Shown piece by piece: positions 36,688 to 46,418 of a stretch of DNA of 64,000 nt. How positions within the stretch are numbered: the stretch's first letter is position 1; every line of letters begins with the position of its first letter. Made by a program: the position numbers and the translations under genes. The stretch is from a virus (taxonomy: Duplodnaviria > Heunggongvirae > Uroviricota > Caudoviricetes). The DNA lies in IMG/VR virus record IMGVR_UViG_3300045996_002451, positions 83,172 through 147,171 of that record; one strand, given 5' to 3'. A model generated the notes under the pieces. It saw only the letters and a program-made list of their open reading frames with translations, was not told where the DNA came from and made no database searches.

Positions 36688-36722
36688 GGCCCCCGCCCTT
36701 AGACTGGCGTGGGGCCTTTTTT
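36688..36722 (+). terminator. Rho-independent terminator
   Basis: GGCCCC-CGCC...GGCG-T-GGGGCC-TTTTTT. Confidence 0.75.
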
Positions 36723-36727
36723 CTTAA

Positions 36728-37432
36728 TTGACCATGTACCGCTATCCGATCACGATCCCTGTTTATCGCGGACTGGTAGGCGACGATGAAGGTATCCATC
36801 GTCGATTTGACTACTACAAGTTTGAGGTGCGTACGATCACGCGCCGCGAGTTTCGGAACTGGCGCCTGGCCTACGATAACCCGTACGAGTTAGAAGATCG
36901 CATCCTGGCAGAGACGGTGCTTGCGCACCCGGAAGCGTATGACGGTCGAGCCTGGCAGTGGGATGAGATCCCCTTTGGTATCCCGCAGCGCTTGCTCGAA
37001 GAGATCCTCAGTCTATCTGGCTTCAGTGAGCAGGGGGTGCATCCGCTCATCATGGAGCGCGTGCAGGACTACCTGGCCAATGATGAGGCCAAGTACGACC
37101 AGTTGATCATGCTGGCCACGGATGCGTACAAGATCACCGATCTCCAGGATATGGAGCCGGAAGATTACCATGCGCTCGTCGGCCAGGCGCAGTGGAAGTT
37201 GTCGTTGATCGGGTTCGATCCTGATATCATCCTCGACCCGCAGGGTTACCAGGTCAAAGCCAAGAAAGCCCGCGCCCAGGCTCGGGCCGAGGCGGAAGTA
37301 GGCGCTCGGAACATCAACAACCGGAGCCGGGGCCGTGGTCAGCAAAACCACGTTGAGACCACGGGTGAGATGTCTGTCGTAGCCGGGGAGCAGGTGCAGA
37401 TGCCTGCCTCGTTTGTCAACGGAAGTTACTAG
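36728..37432 (+). CDS. Second tail assembly chaperone-like protein
   Basis: FEVRTITRREFRNW...LEDRILAETVL...GIPQRLLEEILSLSGF resembles the chaperone domains of 35353; immediately before the giant tail protein. Confidence 0.55.
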   Translation: MTMYRYPITIPVYRGLVGDDEGIHRRFDYYKFEVRTITRREFRNWRLAYDNPYELEDRILAETVLAHPEAYDGRAWQWDEIPFGIPQRLLEEILSLSGFSEQGVHPLIMERVQDYLANDEAKYDQLIMLATDAYKITDLQDMEPEDYHALVGQAQWKLSLIGFDPDIILDPQGYQVKAKKARAQARAEAEVGARNINNRSRGRGQQNHVETTGEMSVVAGEQVQMPASFVNGSY

Positions 37433-37438
37433 CCTCCC

Positions 37439-40400
37439 ATGTCATTTCGTACCTACGAAGACCGCGCGCGCGAACGTCGAGATCTGTTCCTCGGCGGAGC
37501 GGTGGCGGTGGGCGCTGCCCTCCTCAACCCGCGCTCGCGCGCTACCATCACGCGTTCCGCCCTGAAAGGGATGGAGCGGGTGGGGCGGCGCTTCGGCAAG
37601 GTAAGCCGGGAGTTACCACTTACCTCGACCGCGGCGGAGCTGGACAACCTTTTTGAAAAGGTTCTGCCCCGCGCAGCCCAACTGGCGGCAGGGGAGCGCC
37701 TGGCCCGCGAGCGCATCTCCCAGGCGCTGGTAAACTCCAGCAAAGCGTTCGGTGCTCCAGAAGCCATCAAGCTGGCCAAGGAGATCTCGGTCGCGGGACC
37801 GATGCGCAAGTTCTTGATGAACGAGGTGCACGACACCCGGGCCTTGTTCCGCAACAAGGAGATGCAGCGCCTGCTGGAGCGACCGGACCTGAACGCGGAC
37901 CACCGGATCGCGATTGCCAACGCGCTGGAAGAAGCCCGCAAGCGGATCCCGAAAAAGGACCTGATCGTTCAGGATCAGATCTACCAGAACATCCAGGCGC
38001 AGATGCGCGCCGCGGTAGGCAGCGAGCTGGGACGCATGGGTCGGGACCCTCAAGTCCCGTTGCTCAACCGTCAGCTCCAGATGGTCCGTCGGGCGATCGG
38101 CGTGGAGCAGGTCCGGCTCGGTCAAGGTTCCACCAAGGTCGGCCCGCTGCAAGACCTGCACAACGGGCTGGCCCGCTACGCGCCGAGCGACACGGTAAAG
38201 CAACTGGCGCTGGGACGGGTGGTACGGCACGAAGGCAAGGAGTACGATCTCCGCGGCTTCTTCCAAGTACTGGACCAGGCACGCTCGTCGTTCACCAACC
38301 ACTTCCAGGTGCCCCTGGCTCCGGGTGCTTCCGGGATCAACCCCCTGCAGCTCTTCCCGTGGCGTCACGGGGTAGTGAACCGTCCGTTCGGTGAGGTCAG
38401 CCACCTGGCCCTGGACGCCCAACTGCGTGCCCACCTGGGTTCCGAGTCCCGCCACATCGGCAAGGACGTCTACAAGATCGGGGAGAAGTGGCTGGCCACG
38501 GACTGGACCAGCGGCCTGGATGACCTCGGTATCGAAGGCAACCTGCGCACCGGTCTGTACGGGTTCATGCGACGCCGGGCCCAATCGATTGAGAAGGCTC
38601 AGGTCGCGCGCGCCGGGGAGGGTCCACAGGACCTCAACAGCTTCCAGAACTTGGTACACGGGTTCCTGGCCAAGGATGAGGACTCGACCTGGAGCCGCCT
38701 CTCCTCGGTCGTCTCCAAATTTGGTCCGCAGTCGAACTGGGCGCCGCGTGTGCTGTCGCGCGTGCTCGAAACCGAACCCGGCAAGGTAGACCTGGAAGAC
38801 TTCCAGCGTGCCGCGGGGTTCCTTTCGACCGGTAAGCTTTCCGGGCGGCATCAACGCAACCTAGTCCGGGCCGGACTGGATGGGTTCGAAGATGAGACCT
38901 TGCGGGCCAGTCTGCAGAATCTGGATCAGGACCAGTCGGTTGTAGATTTCTACCGGCACTTCCTCACGCTGGAGGATGCTGACGGCGTTAAGCGCTCGTC
39001 GCAGTTCACGGAGCTGCTCAACCACCTGAAGGCCAGTCCGGAAGGGGTACTCGATCGGTTCGATCCATCCGCGGATCGGGCGGTGCTCGGTTGGAACTTC
39101 CTGGGTCAGGAGTCCCACAAGAACTCCATCGATATCCTGCGGGATGGGATCCTGGATGAAGTGGCGGGTCGCCTCTCGGAGGACGATCCGTTTGGGGCGG
39201 CGAAAGCGCTGGCCGGGATCCACAAGCGCACCTCCCCGTTCGGTAAGCTGGGGCAGAAGGGGATCAACGCAGAGGATGATGAGGCGCTGGCCTGGGCGTA
39301 TGGGCGCGGCTTGCAGCAGATCGCGGAACCCCGCAAGGGCGAGGACAACCTCGATAACATCCGCGACGCCATCCGTGCGTTCCAGAACAACCCGGAAGCC
39401 CAGGAGGTAGCAGGACGCTTCACGGCAAACCGGGCCAAGATCTGGGACACCCACGTCCAGCCGGAAGAGCACGTCCTTCGAACCAGCGAGCTGTTCTCCC
39501 AGCGGGGACGCACGCTGATCGGTGAGTTGAACACCCGCCTGAAGGAGAACAACGGCGACTGGGGCCTGGCGTTCCGCGACACCATCCGTGGACCCTGGGG
39601 ACGTCAGTACGCCGCCTTCTTTACCGGAAACCAGAAGGACGTCACCGAGACGACCTTGATGCTGGAGTACTTCCCGCGCAAGCTCAACGAGTACTTCAAC
39701 GAGTTCGGTATTCCGCTGACCGGACGCAGTCTGGGACTGCCGGATAAGGATCTGCTCTCGGGCGGTTCGATCATGGCCGGTCTCCTCGGTAAGCGGGTCC
39801 TGCCTGCGGTGCTGGGGTATGAACTCTACCGGTACACCGACTACAAGGCGGACCAACTCGGCTTGCCCGGACCCTCGGATCTCTACGCCAACATCCGCGC
39901 GGATCTGGGTGAACAGCGCGCTCGGCTCTTCGGGGACAACATCCTCGGCATGGACCGGGATCTGTTGCCGGGTCTCGAGAAGTTCCTCTCTGACCGCAAC
40001 GTAGAAGAAGAGCGTAAGCATCAGGAGAGCGGCTACGAGCCGGTCCGCAAAGGACGCTTCTGGAGCCTGGGTTCTCGTTCGGAGTTCTGGGGAGACCGGG
40101 TCAGTTACTACTTACCGTCCGCGGTGCGCGCGGCCAAGAGCGACTGGCAGGGTGCTGAAAACGCAGACCTCAACACCCACGACTACTGGGCGCATAGCTG
40201 GGTACCACTGCCGGAAAACGGGTTCATGGGACCGGTCTCCCGGCTGCTGGATCCGGGCTGGTGGGAGCGCAAGCACGCCACCGGACCGAACGCGGACCGA
40301 CCGTATCCGATCAGCTCGGAGGCGTTTGATCCCAACACGGCCCACGGACCGGTGCTCAATAGCGCGCTGGGCTGGCTGATCAAGCCGCAAGAAGTCCTTC

Positions 40401-43400
40401 ATCCAGAACTGGTGCCGCGCTCTGCGGGAGGTACCGCTACCCGGGATCAGATCCGGCAGATCAACGAGTCGGTGAAGCAAGGACAGGATCGTCGTGGTAT
40501 TGCCCTCCTCGTGGGCGGCGGGGGAATGTCGGGTACCGGGGGCGGGGGTGGTTATCCGGAGATGGGCTTCGGCTCGCCGGGCGTCCTGGCACCGCGCGGT
40601 ACGGGAGACATCACCGGCCTGGCCGACGTCACCTCCGGAGGCGAGTTAACGGTCAAGACGATCCCTGCAGGGTTTGGCAACGGTTCCGGGATCGGCCCTT
40701 GGTCGGGAGCAGGCGGCGGCGGGTACACGGGTAACAACCGGCCTTCCGGTTCGAAGCTGTCGCGCAAAGAGTTGATGGAAATCAACCAGCGGATCAAGGC
40801 CGGGATGGGCGGAGGCGTGCCTCGCAGCCCCGCAGGGATCTTGAAGCCGCAGACCCCCGGGGTCTTTGCGGACGTCCGCCTAGATCAGATCGGAGCGCAA
40901 AGCGCAGAGATCACCGCTACCCGAAACCTGGTCGACCTGGCAGGTCTCTACGGCTTCATGGCCGAGAGCGTGCATCCGACGGCTCAGGACGGACTGGTCC
41001 TACCCACTGCGCAGCAGGCTACCGGATACAACCAGCGCTTCTACGAGATGGAACTGGGGGGCCTCGGCGGCACCTTGTCCGAAGTCGGACGCCGGTTCTT
41101 GCCGCGGCGCCAGCGCTTTGACGGCGAGTGGAACCCGGTAGCCAACACGATGGCTTCCTGGATGCCAGGTCCGGAGTACTTCCTCGACTTCAAGCACGGA
41201 GACCCTTACGCTAAGGTGCCTCGCGGCGAGATGCGTCTCCCGGGAGAAGCCTACGAGCGCCTGAACCCGCACATCAAGTTGATGGAAACCCGCGCCTCCT
41301 CCATCGGGGGTTCGATCGAAGAGATCATGCGCGGGATGCTCTTCCTGAAGGAGCCGCTTTCCAACTACGGCGAAGACGTCACCGAGTTCGGAGACCGCGT
41401 CCACCTCATGGTCCAGAACCGCTGGAAAGAGATGGGGGTGCTGCTCGGAGCGGAAGACACCGTCTACAACAAGCGACTGGGGATCAGCGGGCACTACGAC
41501 GCCATCATCGAAACCCAGAACGGTCCGGCGCTGACGGACATCAAGACTGTCAGTGAGAAGCGTTACCAGACGGCCCTGTCGAAGGGCGCGTTTGAAGAGC
41601 ACGCTTCGCAGTTGACCTTCTACATGCACGAGACGGGGGTCAAGGACGGGTTCATCACCTACGTGAACCGAGATGCGCTGAAGGCCGGACGGGTTGAAAC
41701 CTTCATGGCCCCGGTAGCGTACGACCAGGGTCGCTTCGATCGATCGATCCACAAAGTAGAGACGGCCCGCGAGCGCCTCTTGCAGATGACCAAGGACGGC
41801 ACGATCCATCGCGGGGACCTGTATGACCCGGTCACCCGTTTTGAGATCCTGTCGGACGTCGCACCCTACTCGGAGAACTACAATCAGCTCAAGCAGTACC
41901 TGACCCAGGAGAACACGGCAGGCAAACTGCTGGAAGAGGACAACGCGCGCTTCCAGGCGGCGAAGGACCGGGCTGCCGAACAGAAGAAGACCACCCAGAT
42001 CTTCCCCTACCACTTCAAGAATGTCGAGGTAGAGCGGCAAGGGATGACGGTCGAGAAGATCCTGGACGCCAATACAGTCCTGACCAAGGAAGGTGTCCGG
42101 GTCCGGTTGGCCGGGGTCGAAGCCAGCAACGAACGGATCGAGGCGAAGTACGGCGTTGCTCCGGAAGGGATGACTCCCGGGGAATGGATGTTCTCCCATT
42201 TCGGGATCCACGCCGGTTCCCGCATCAGCGTATTACTCGAAACCGATCCGCTGCATCGCCAGGAGAACGACGTGTTACGCACGTCGCACGGCGTCATCAT
42301 GGCGGGCGATCGCAATGTCAACCACGCGCTCATGCAGCTCGGGGTGGCGGCGGAGCGCGAGACGGACTGGACCGACACCGGGGTAGCCGCGCGGTTCACT
42401 CCGGCGCAGATCAAGGCAGGCGCCCGGTGGGAAACCCTGGCCCACCAGGACACCCCGTTCCACACCAAGTTCTTGAAGGTACGCTCCCCGCTGGAAGAGC
42501 TGGAGCGGGGCCTGGTCTACGGTAAGCGCACGGGTTCCTGGCTTAGCCCCATCCGAGACTACATCGGTCCGTCCATCGAGAGCTTCGTCTCCCGTACTCC
42601 AGAAATGGCGGGCATCGGACTGGGGCTTTTCGCGCAGTACTTTGCCCGGACTCCGGAGGCCAAGATCGGCAGCTTCCTGGGAGGGCTCGCTCTGGGCGGG
42701 ATGCTCTCCACCGGACGTATCCTAAATGAGGCCACCGACGGCATCTGGAAGCCGGAGCGGGTCCGGACCCGGGAGTCTTTGGAAGAGTACTGGGATGTCC
42801 TCAAGTACGTGAAGGTCCGGGGTCTGGCCGCACGGGAAGAGCGGCTGGCCCGTTTGAAAGAAGGGGTCAACATCGGACAGTTGACCAAGCGGCTACACGT
42901 CCAGGGCGAAAGTCGTAAGCGCAAGCGCCGAGAGCTGGAAGAGAAAAAGCGGAGCTTGATTGAAGCGGATCAAGTAGGTAACGCCGACCAGATCGAACGG
43001 CTCACCGGTCAGATTGAGAAGCTCTCTGGTAATCAAGGAGCGGTCCGCCTGGGTAAGCACGCCACCAAAGCGCTGCTCTACCGTCAGATGTTCCGCTCGA
43101 CCTTGTACGGGATCGATCCAGAGACCACGCCGTTCAAGAGCATCTTCGCCGCCTTCCCGAAGTACAAGCGCGAACTGATCACCGGCTTCATGGACGAAAG
43201 CAGTCCGAAAGAGCGCGCGCGCATCTACGAGCTGTTGCCGGATCACGAGAAGCGCGTCCTCGGCAGATATATGGGCGTGAAGCCGAAAGACCTGCCGAAG
43301 CGTCCGGAGCTGAAGGACTACTTCAAGAACCACCCGCTCCCGGATGAAAACTGGGAAGGCTGGAAACCGGAGATCGACCTGGAGCAACTGCGGATGCGGG

Positions 43401-43687
43401 CGATCCGCGGCGAAGGGCTGGACCCGATGGAGTCCGGGATCTACGAACTCCAGATCGACGAAGCCGAGCAGGTGACCCACGACGTGCGGGTGCCGACGAT
43501 GCACGGCAACGCCTCTCACGTCCAGCAATCACTCAATGAGATGCTCTCCGGACGCGGCTTGAAGAACGTACGCGTCGAGGTCAGCAGTAAACCACACGAT
43601 GGGCCTAATGACGTTGTGCAGGTACAGATGGACCTTCGCCACGAGCGCGAACAAGACCTGCGCAACGCGCTGCAGTTACACGGGTAA
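37439..43687 (+). CDS. 2082-aa tape-measure-position virion protein with Cas4-like PD-(D/E)xK and SNase-like domains
   Basis: GDRVH...EDTV...ISGHYDAII...LTDIKT...HASQLTFYM (about 41380-41800); VEKILDANTV...VRLAGVEA...NVNHALMQLGVA (about 42040-42350). Confidence 0.7.
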   Translation: MSFRTYEDRARERRDLFLGGAVAVGAALLNPRSRATITRSALKGMERVGRRFGKVSRELPLTSTAAELDNLFEKVLPRAAQLAAGERLARERISQALVNSSKAFGAPEAIKLAKEISVAGPMRKFLMNEVHDTRALFRNKEMQRLLERPDLNADHRIAIANALEEARKRIPKKDLIVQDQIYQNIQAQMRAAVGSELGRMGRDPQVPLLNRQLQMVRRAIGVEQVRLGQGSTKVGPLQDLHNGLARYAPSDTVKQLALGRVVRHEGKEYDLRGFFQVLDQARSSFTNHFQVPLAPGASGINPLQLFPWRHGVVNRPFGEVSHLALDAQLRAHLGSESRHIGKDVYKIGEKWLATDWTSGLDDLGIEGNLRTGLYGFMRRRAQSIEKAQVARAGEGPQDLNSFQNLVHGFLAKDEDSTWSRLSSVVSKFGPQSNWAPRVLSRVLETEPGKVDLEDFQRAAGFLSTGKLSGRHQRNLVRAGLDGFEDETLRASLQNLDQDQSVVDFYRHFLTLEDADGVKRSSQFTELLNHLKASPEGVLDRFDPSADRAVLGWNFLGQESHKNSIDILRDGILDEVAGRLSEDDPFGAAKALAGIHKRTSPFGKLGQKGINAEDDEALAWAYGRGLQQIAEPRKGEDNLDNIRDAIRAFQNNPEAQEVAGRFTANRAKIWDTHVQPEEHVLRTSELFSQRGRTLIGELNTRLKENNGDWGLAFRDTIRGPWGRQYAAFFTGNQKDVTETTLMLEYFPRKLNEYFNEFGIPLTGRSLGLPDKDLLSGGSIMAGLLGKRVLPAVLGYELYRYTDYKADQLGLPGPSDLYANIRADLGEQRARLFGDNILGMDRDLLPGLEKFLSDRNVEEERKHQESGYEPVRKGRFWSLGSRSEFWGDRVSYYLPSAVRAAKSDWQGAENADLNTHDYWAHSWVPLPENGFMGPVSRLLDPGWWERKHATGPNADRPYPISSEAFDPNTAHGPVLNSALGWLIKPQEVLHPELVPRSAGGTATRDQIRQINESVKQGQDRRGIALLVGGGGMSGTGGGGGYPEMGFGSPGVLAPRGTGDITGLADVTSGGELTVKTIPAGFGNGSGIGPWSGAGGGGYTGNNRPSGSKLSRKELMEINQRIKAGMGGGVPRSPAGILKPQTPGVFADVRLDQIGAQSAEITATRNLVDLAGLYGFMAESVHPTAQDGLVLPTAQQATGYNQRFYEMELGGLGGTLSEVGRRFLPRRQRFDGEWNPVANTMASWMPGPEYFLDFKHGDPYAKVPRGEMRLPGEAYERLNPHIKLMETRASSIGGSIEEIMRGMLFLKEPLSNYGEDVTEFGDRVHLMVQNRWKEMGVLLGAEDTVYNKRLGISGHYDAIIETQNGPALTDIKTVSEKRYQTALSKGAFEEHASQLTFYMHETGVKDGFITYVNRDALKAGRVETFMAPVAYDQGRFDRSIHKVETARERLLQMTKDGTIHRGDLYDPVTRFEILSDVAPYSENYNQLKQYLTQENTAGKLLEEDNARFQAAKDRAAEQKKTTQIFPYHFKNVEVERQGMTVEKILDANTVLTKEGVRVRLAGVEASNERIEAKYGVAPEGMTPGEWMFSHFGIHAGSRISVLLETDPLHRQENDVLRTSHGVIMAGDRNVNHALMQLGVAAERETDWTDTGVAARFTPAQIKAGARWETLAHQDTPFHTKFLKVRSPLEELERGLVYGKRTGSWLSPIRDYIGPSIESFVSRTPEMAGIGLGLFAQYFARTPEAKIGSFLGGLALGGMLSTGRILNEATDGIWKPERVRTRESLEEYWDVLKYVKVRGLAAREERLARLKEGVNIGQLTKRLHVQGESRKRKRRELEEKKRSLIEADQVGNADQIERLTGQIEKLSGNQGAVRLGKHATKALLYRQMFRSTLYGIDPETTPFKSIFAAFPKYKRELITGFMDESSPKERARIYELLPDHEKRVLGRYMGVKPKDLPKRPELKDYFKNHPLPDENWEGWKPEIDLEQLRMRAIRGEGLDPMESGIYELQIDEAEQVTHDVRVPTMHGNASHVQQSLNEMLSGRGLKNVRVEVSSKPHDGPNDVVQVQMDLRHEREQDLRNALQLHG
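40721..40736. promoter_or_regulatory. Motif A copy, 1 mismatch (GGGTACACGGGTAACA), in a Gly-rich linker
   Basis: 13/14 match. Confidence 0.55.
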
Positions 43688-43689
43688 CG
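43674..43689. promoter_or_regulatory. Motif A copy (AGTTACACGGGTAACG) containing the stop codon of 37439-43687
   Basis: Exact 14-mer 43675-43688. Confidence 0.85.
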
Positions 43690-43727
43690 CTCCCCGGGTG
43701 ACCTAGTTATCTACATATGCGCTTCTT

Positions 43728-43743
43728 GTATGACGCGTCATAC
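43728..43743. promoter_or_regulatory. Motif B, perfect palindrome GTATGACGCGTCATAC
   Basis: Intergenic, upstream of the metallophosphoesterase gene. Confidence 0.85.
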
Positions 43744-43784
43744 TAAGTAAGCTGAAAAAACGGTGAACATGGGCTGGAGGAATC

Positions 43785-45014
43785 ATGAGTCACCCAAATT
43801 TTGCAGGTGCTGAGCGGTTGATCGAACTCTGGAACGCGCCCGAGCGCCTTACGATTCGTGAGATCTCTTGCGATCCAGAACTCGGTCGAACCTTGCTGTC
43901 CAAGCAGGTTACGGAGCGAAACAAGTACACCAAGACCTACCGGACGGTGGAGCAGTTGCTGAAGCACGGGATCATCAAGCCTCACTCCGTTCTCCAGGGT
44001 CTGAAGTTCAACGGCAGCGTCGAGCCGGTGGTGGAAGAACCCGTAACCGTCCGCAACTACATCAACCTGGATGCGTCGGCTTCGCCTGCGCGGATGCCTG
44101 GAATCAGCGACCGGTTTGTTGAGCGTGACAATGGTGACGACCTGGGTTTGCCTCCGGGGAAGAGTCGAGCGGACGCGATCCTGGAGGAGTTCGAAAAAGA
44201 ACTGGGTCACTACCGACGCTACGCCGCTAAGCCTCATGGGGACAAGCGCGGGCGCCGCGAGTACATCATTGCCTCCGACTTCCACGTCGCCGACGATCGA
44301 CCGGACCTGCTGATCAAGCTCGTCACCGAGCACCAGGGAAAGAGTCTGATCATCGGCGGAGATTTCTTCGATTTCAGCAGCCTGTCTCGCCATCCCCTGA
44401 ACGGCTGGCAGGATCCTGGTCTGTACGACTGCCTCAGCCGGGGTGCCGCGGTGCTGGATCTACTCGCCAGCAACTTTGTGGACATCACGCTGGTACTCGG
44501 CAACCACGATAAGCGCGCCTGGACCAAGGCGCTGAACAACGTCTCCACCGAGTATGGAAAGTTCAATCACGAGAACTTCATCTACATGCTGGAGCACAAG
44601 TTCGGGGTGAAGGTGGTGGACCACGTCCTCACCAAGCAGAACGGTGCCACGTGTGAGGGGCTGCACTACTGGCACCAGGTCGGAGACTGCATCGTTTCGC
44701 ACTCCGAGCACTGCGGGCGTCCGGTCGGTAAAGGGGCGGAGGGAGCGTTTGAGTTCTTCCGCGATTGGACCGACATCTTAGGTTTGAACCCCTTCCGCGT
44801 AATCTTGCAGGCCCACACGCACAAGCAGAGCTACCACCGCAGCCGCAACGGCAAGGTGCATCTTTACGAGATCGGCTGTATGTGCGAGTGGCAGAACTAC
44901 AGCTTGCAGGGACGGCAGGTCTACGGACCGCCGCAGCACGGCTATTACCATCTGGTACAGTTCGACGGCGTCACGGACATCAACGCGTCGAGACTGGTAA
45001 ACCTGGACGACTAA
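43785..45014 (+). CDS. Calcineurin-like metallophosphoesterase
   Basis: ASDFHV, GGDFFD, LGNHD, VSHSEH, QAHTHK motifs; GGAGG RBS. Confidence 0.85.
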   Translation: MSHPNFAGAERLIELWNAPERLTIREISCDPELGRTLLSKQVTERNKYTKTYRTVEQLLKHGIIKPHSVLQGLKFNGSVEPVVEEPVTVRNYINLDASASPARMPGISDRFVERDNGDDLGLPPGKSRADAILEEFEKELGHYRRYAAKPHGDKRGRREYIIASDFHVADDRPDLLIKLVTEHQGKSLIIGGDFFDFSSLSRHPLNGWQDPGLYDCLSRGAAVLDLLASNFVDITLVLGNHDKRAWTKALNNVSTEYGKFNHENFIYMLEHKFGVKVVDHVLTKQNGATCEGLHYWHQVGDCIVSHSEHCGRPVGKGAEGAFEFFRDWTDILGLNPFRVILQAHTHKQSYHRSRNGKVHLYEIGCMCEWQNYSLQGRQVYGPPQHGYYHLVQFDGVTDINASRLVNLDD

Positions 45015-45017
45015 GTT

Positions 45018-45257
45018 ATGGAAAACCGGACCAAGAACCAGCGTTACCGGGAACTTGATCCGGAGCGCAACGAAAGTCTCCTCCCGGACGCCTTGTGGCA
45101 CGCCTATGCGGAGGAGAGTAACCGGGAAAACCTGGTGTACCGTGCGATGGAGATCCAACTGGATCCCTGCGAAGAGCGCCTGGTAGTGGGTTTGGATCCG
45201 GTGACTGCGGAAATGCGTGCGTATTGCGACGAACCTAGCTCGTCGGAAAGTGAGTAA
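45018..45257 (+). CDS. Hypothetical protein
   Basis: 79-aa ORF tightly packed in operon. Confidence 0.55.
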   Translation: MENRTKNQRYRELDPERNESLLPDALWHAYAEESNRENLVYRAMEIQLDPCEERLVVGLDPVTAEMRAYCDEPSSSESE

Positions 45258-45260
45258 GAG

Positions 45261-46418
45261 TTGGTTAACCAGAGCACCTTCGATACCTTCAGTATCCTGA
45301 ACACAGACGCGGCTCCGGCTCCGTCCGGCTACAAGCCCCAGATCCAGTTCTTCTCCGGCAAGAACCGCGCCGGGGCGAAGAAGGCGGGTAAGCAGCCCCG
45401 CAACGCTCCGGCGTTCAAGCCGCTTCCCAGCCCGGCACCGCGGCGGCTGGTGGTCGTGGACAGCGGGATCTCCCTGACGGATGAGCTGTTTATCCTGGCC
45501 TCTCTGGAACTGCTCAAGAAGCAGGACCGGTTCGCCAAGACTAACCTCACCTACGTGAGTTTCCGCGCCGACGTGGTGCGCCTGGTCAAGGGCGCCTGGT
45601 TCCTGAAAGAGACCTACCTCTGCACGGACCCGAAGATCTCCGACGACCTGGAAGGGGAGGGAGCGCACTGGCTTACCGTACCGACCGCTGAACAGGCGCT
45701 GGCTACGGAACAGCAGATCTTTGCGCAACTGCATACGCTGCGCATGAAGCAGTATGAACAGATGGTCGCGCAGCTCGGCGCCCAAGGTATCAGCGCGCCG
45801 AACCTGGAAGAGCCCAACGGGACGTTCGAGCCGAACTGGCACCGCAGCCAAGCCATCTTTGCCCAGGTAGCCAACACGCTCGGAATCCAGTACTCGATGC
45901 CGGACCGGGAGTTCGCCCCCTATGCGACGCTGCCGAAGAACCGGGAAGGCTTCTACCGCAACATCCTGGAGAAGTCGGGGATCGGACAGGACCTCTTCCT
46001 GCTGCACCACTTCCCAGAGTCCGAGACCAGCGGAGAAGCCTGTGTGGAGCAGTTGGGGATCACCTTTCCTGGAGCCGGTCTGATCTCCGCCAGCGCCATC
46101 CTCGATAAAGCCGCGCTCTACTTCCGCGATGATCCAGAGGCTACCAGTCACGGCCTGTCGCTCCTGATTGCCGCGCTGGCGCACCGCAACTGCTTTATGG
46201 CGATTGGTCCTGCCGGGGATCTGACCAATTTGGCGTGGGGCGCAGGCCAGCTCTCGGTGCTCTCCGTGTACCGCGGAGACGATCCGCGCTGGGACGGGGT
46301 GTACTCCCCGAACCCGTTCATGCTGAATGCCAAGAAGTTCAACGACGAAGAGTTGCCAAAAGCGCTGCACCAGGCCGCGGTCAACCTGATCCAGAAAGTT
46401 GTGAGTGTAGTTCAATGA
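45261..46418 (+). CDS. GT-B glycosyltransferase, family-9 (heptosyltransferase)-like
   Basis: SLTDELFILASLELLKK...LTYVS (cf. GIGD.LL..P.L..LK), LLIAALAHRNCFMAIGPAGDLTNLAWGAGQLSVLSVY (cf. FIGNDSG..HLA.A.G...V.LF). Confidence 0.5.
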   Translation: MVNQSTFDTFSILNTDAAPAPSGYKPQIQFFSGKNRAGAKKAGKQPRNAPAFKPLPSPAPRRLVVVDSGISLTDELFILASLELLKKQDRFAKTNLTYVSFRADVVRLVKGAWFLKETYLCTDPKISDDLEGEGAHWLTVPTAEQALATEQQIFAQLHTLRMKQYEQMVAQLGAQGISAPNLEEPNGTFEPNWHRSQAIFAQVANTLGIQYSMPDREFAPYATLPKNREGFYRNILEKSGIGQDLFLLHHFPESETSGEACVEQLGITFPGAGLISASAILDKAALYFRDDPEATSHGLSLLIAALAHRNCFMAIGPAGDLTNLAWGAGQLSVLSVYRGDDPRWDGVYSPNPFMLNAKKFNDEELPKALHQAAVNLIQKVVSVVQ

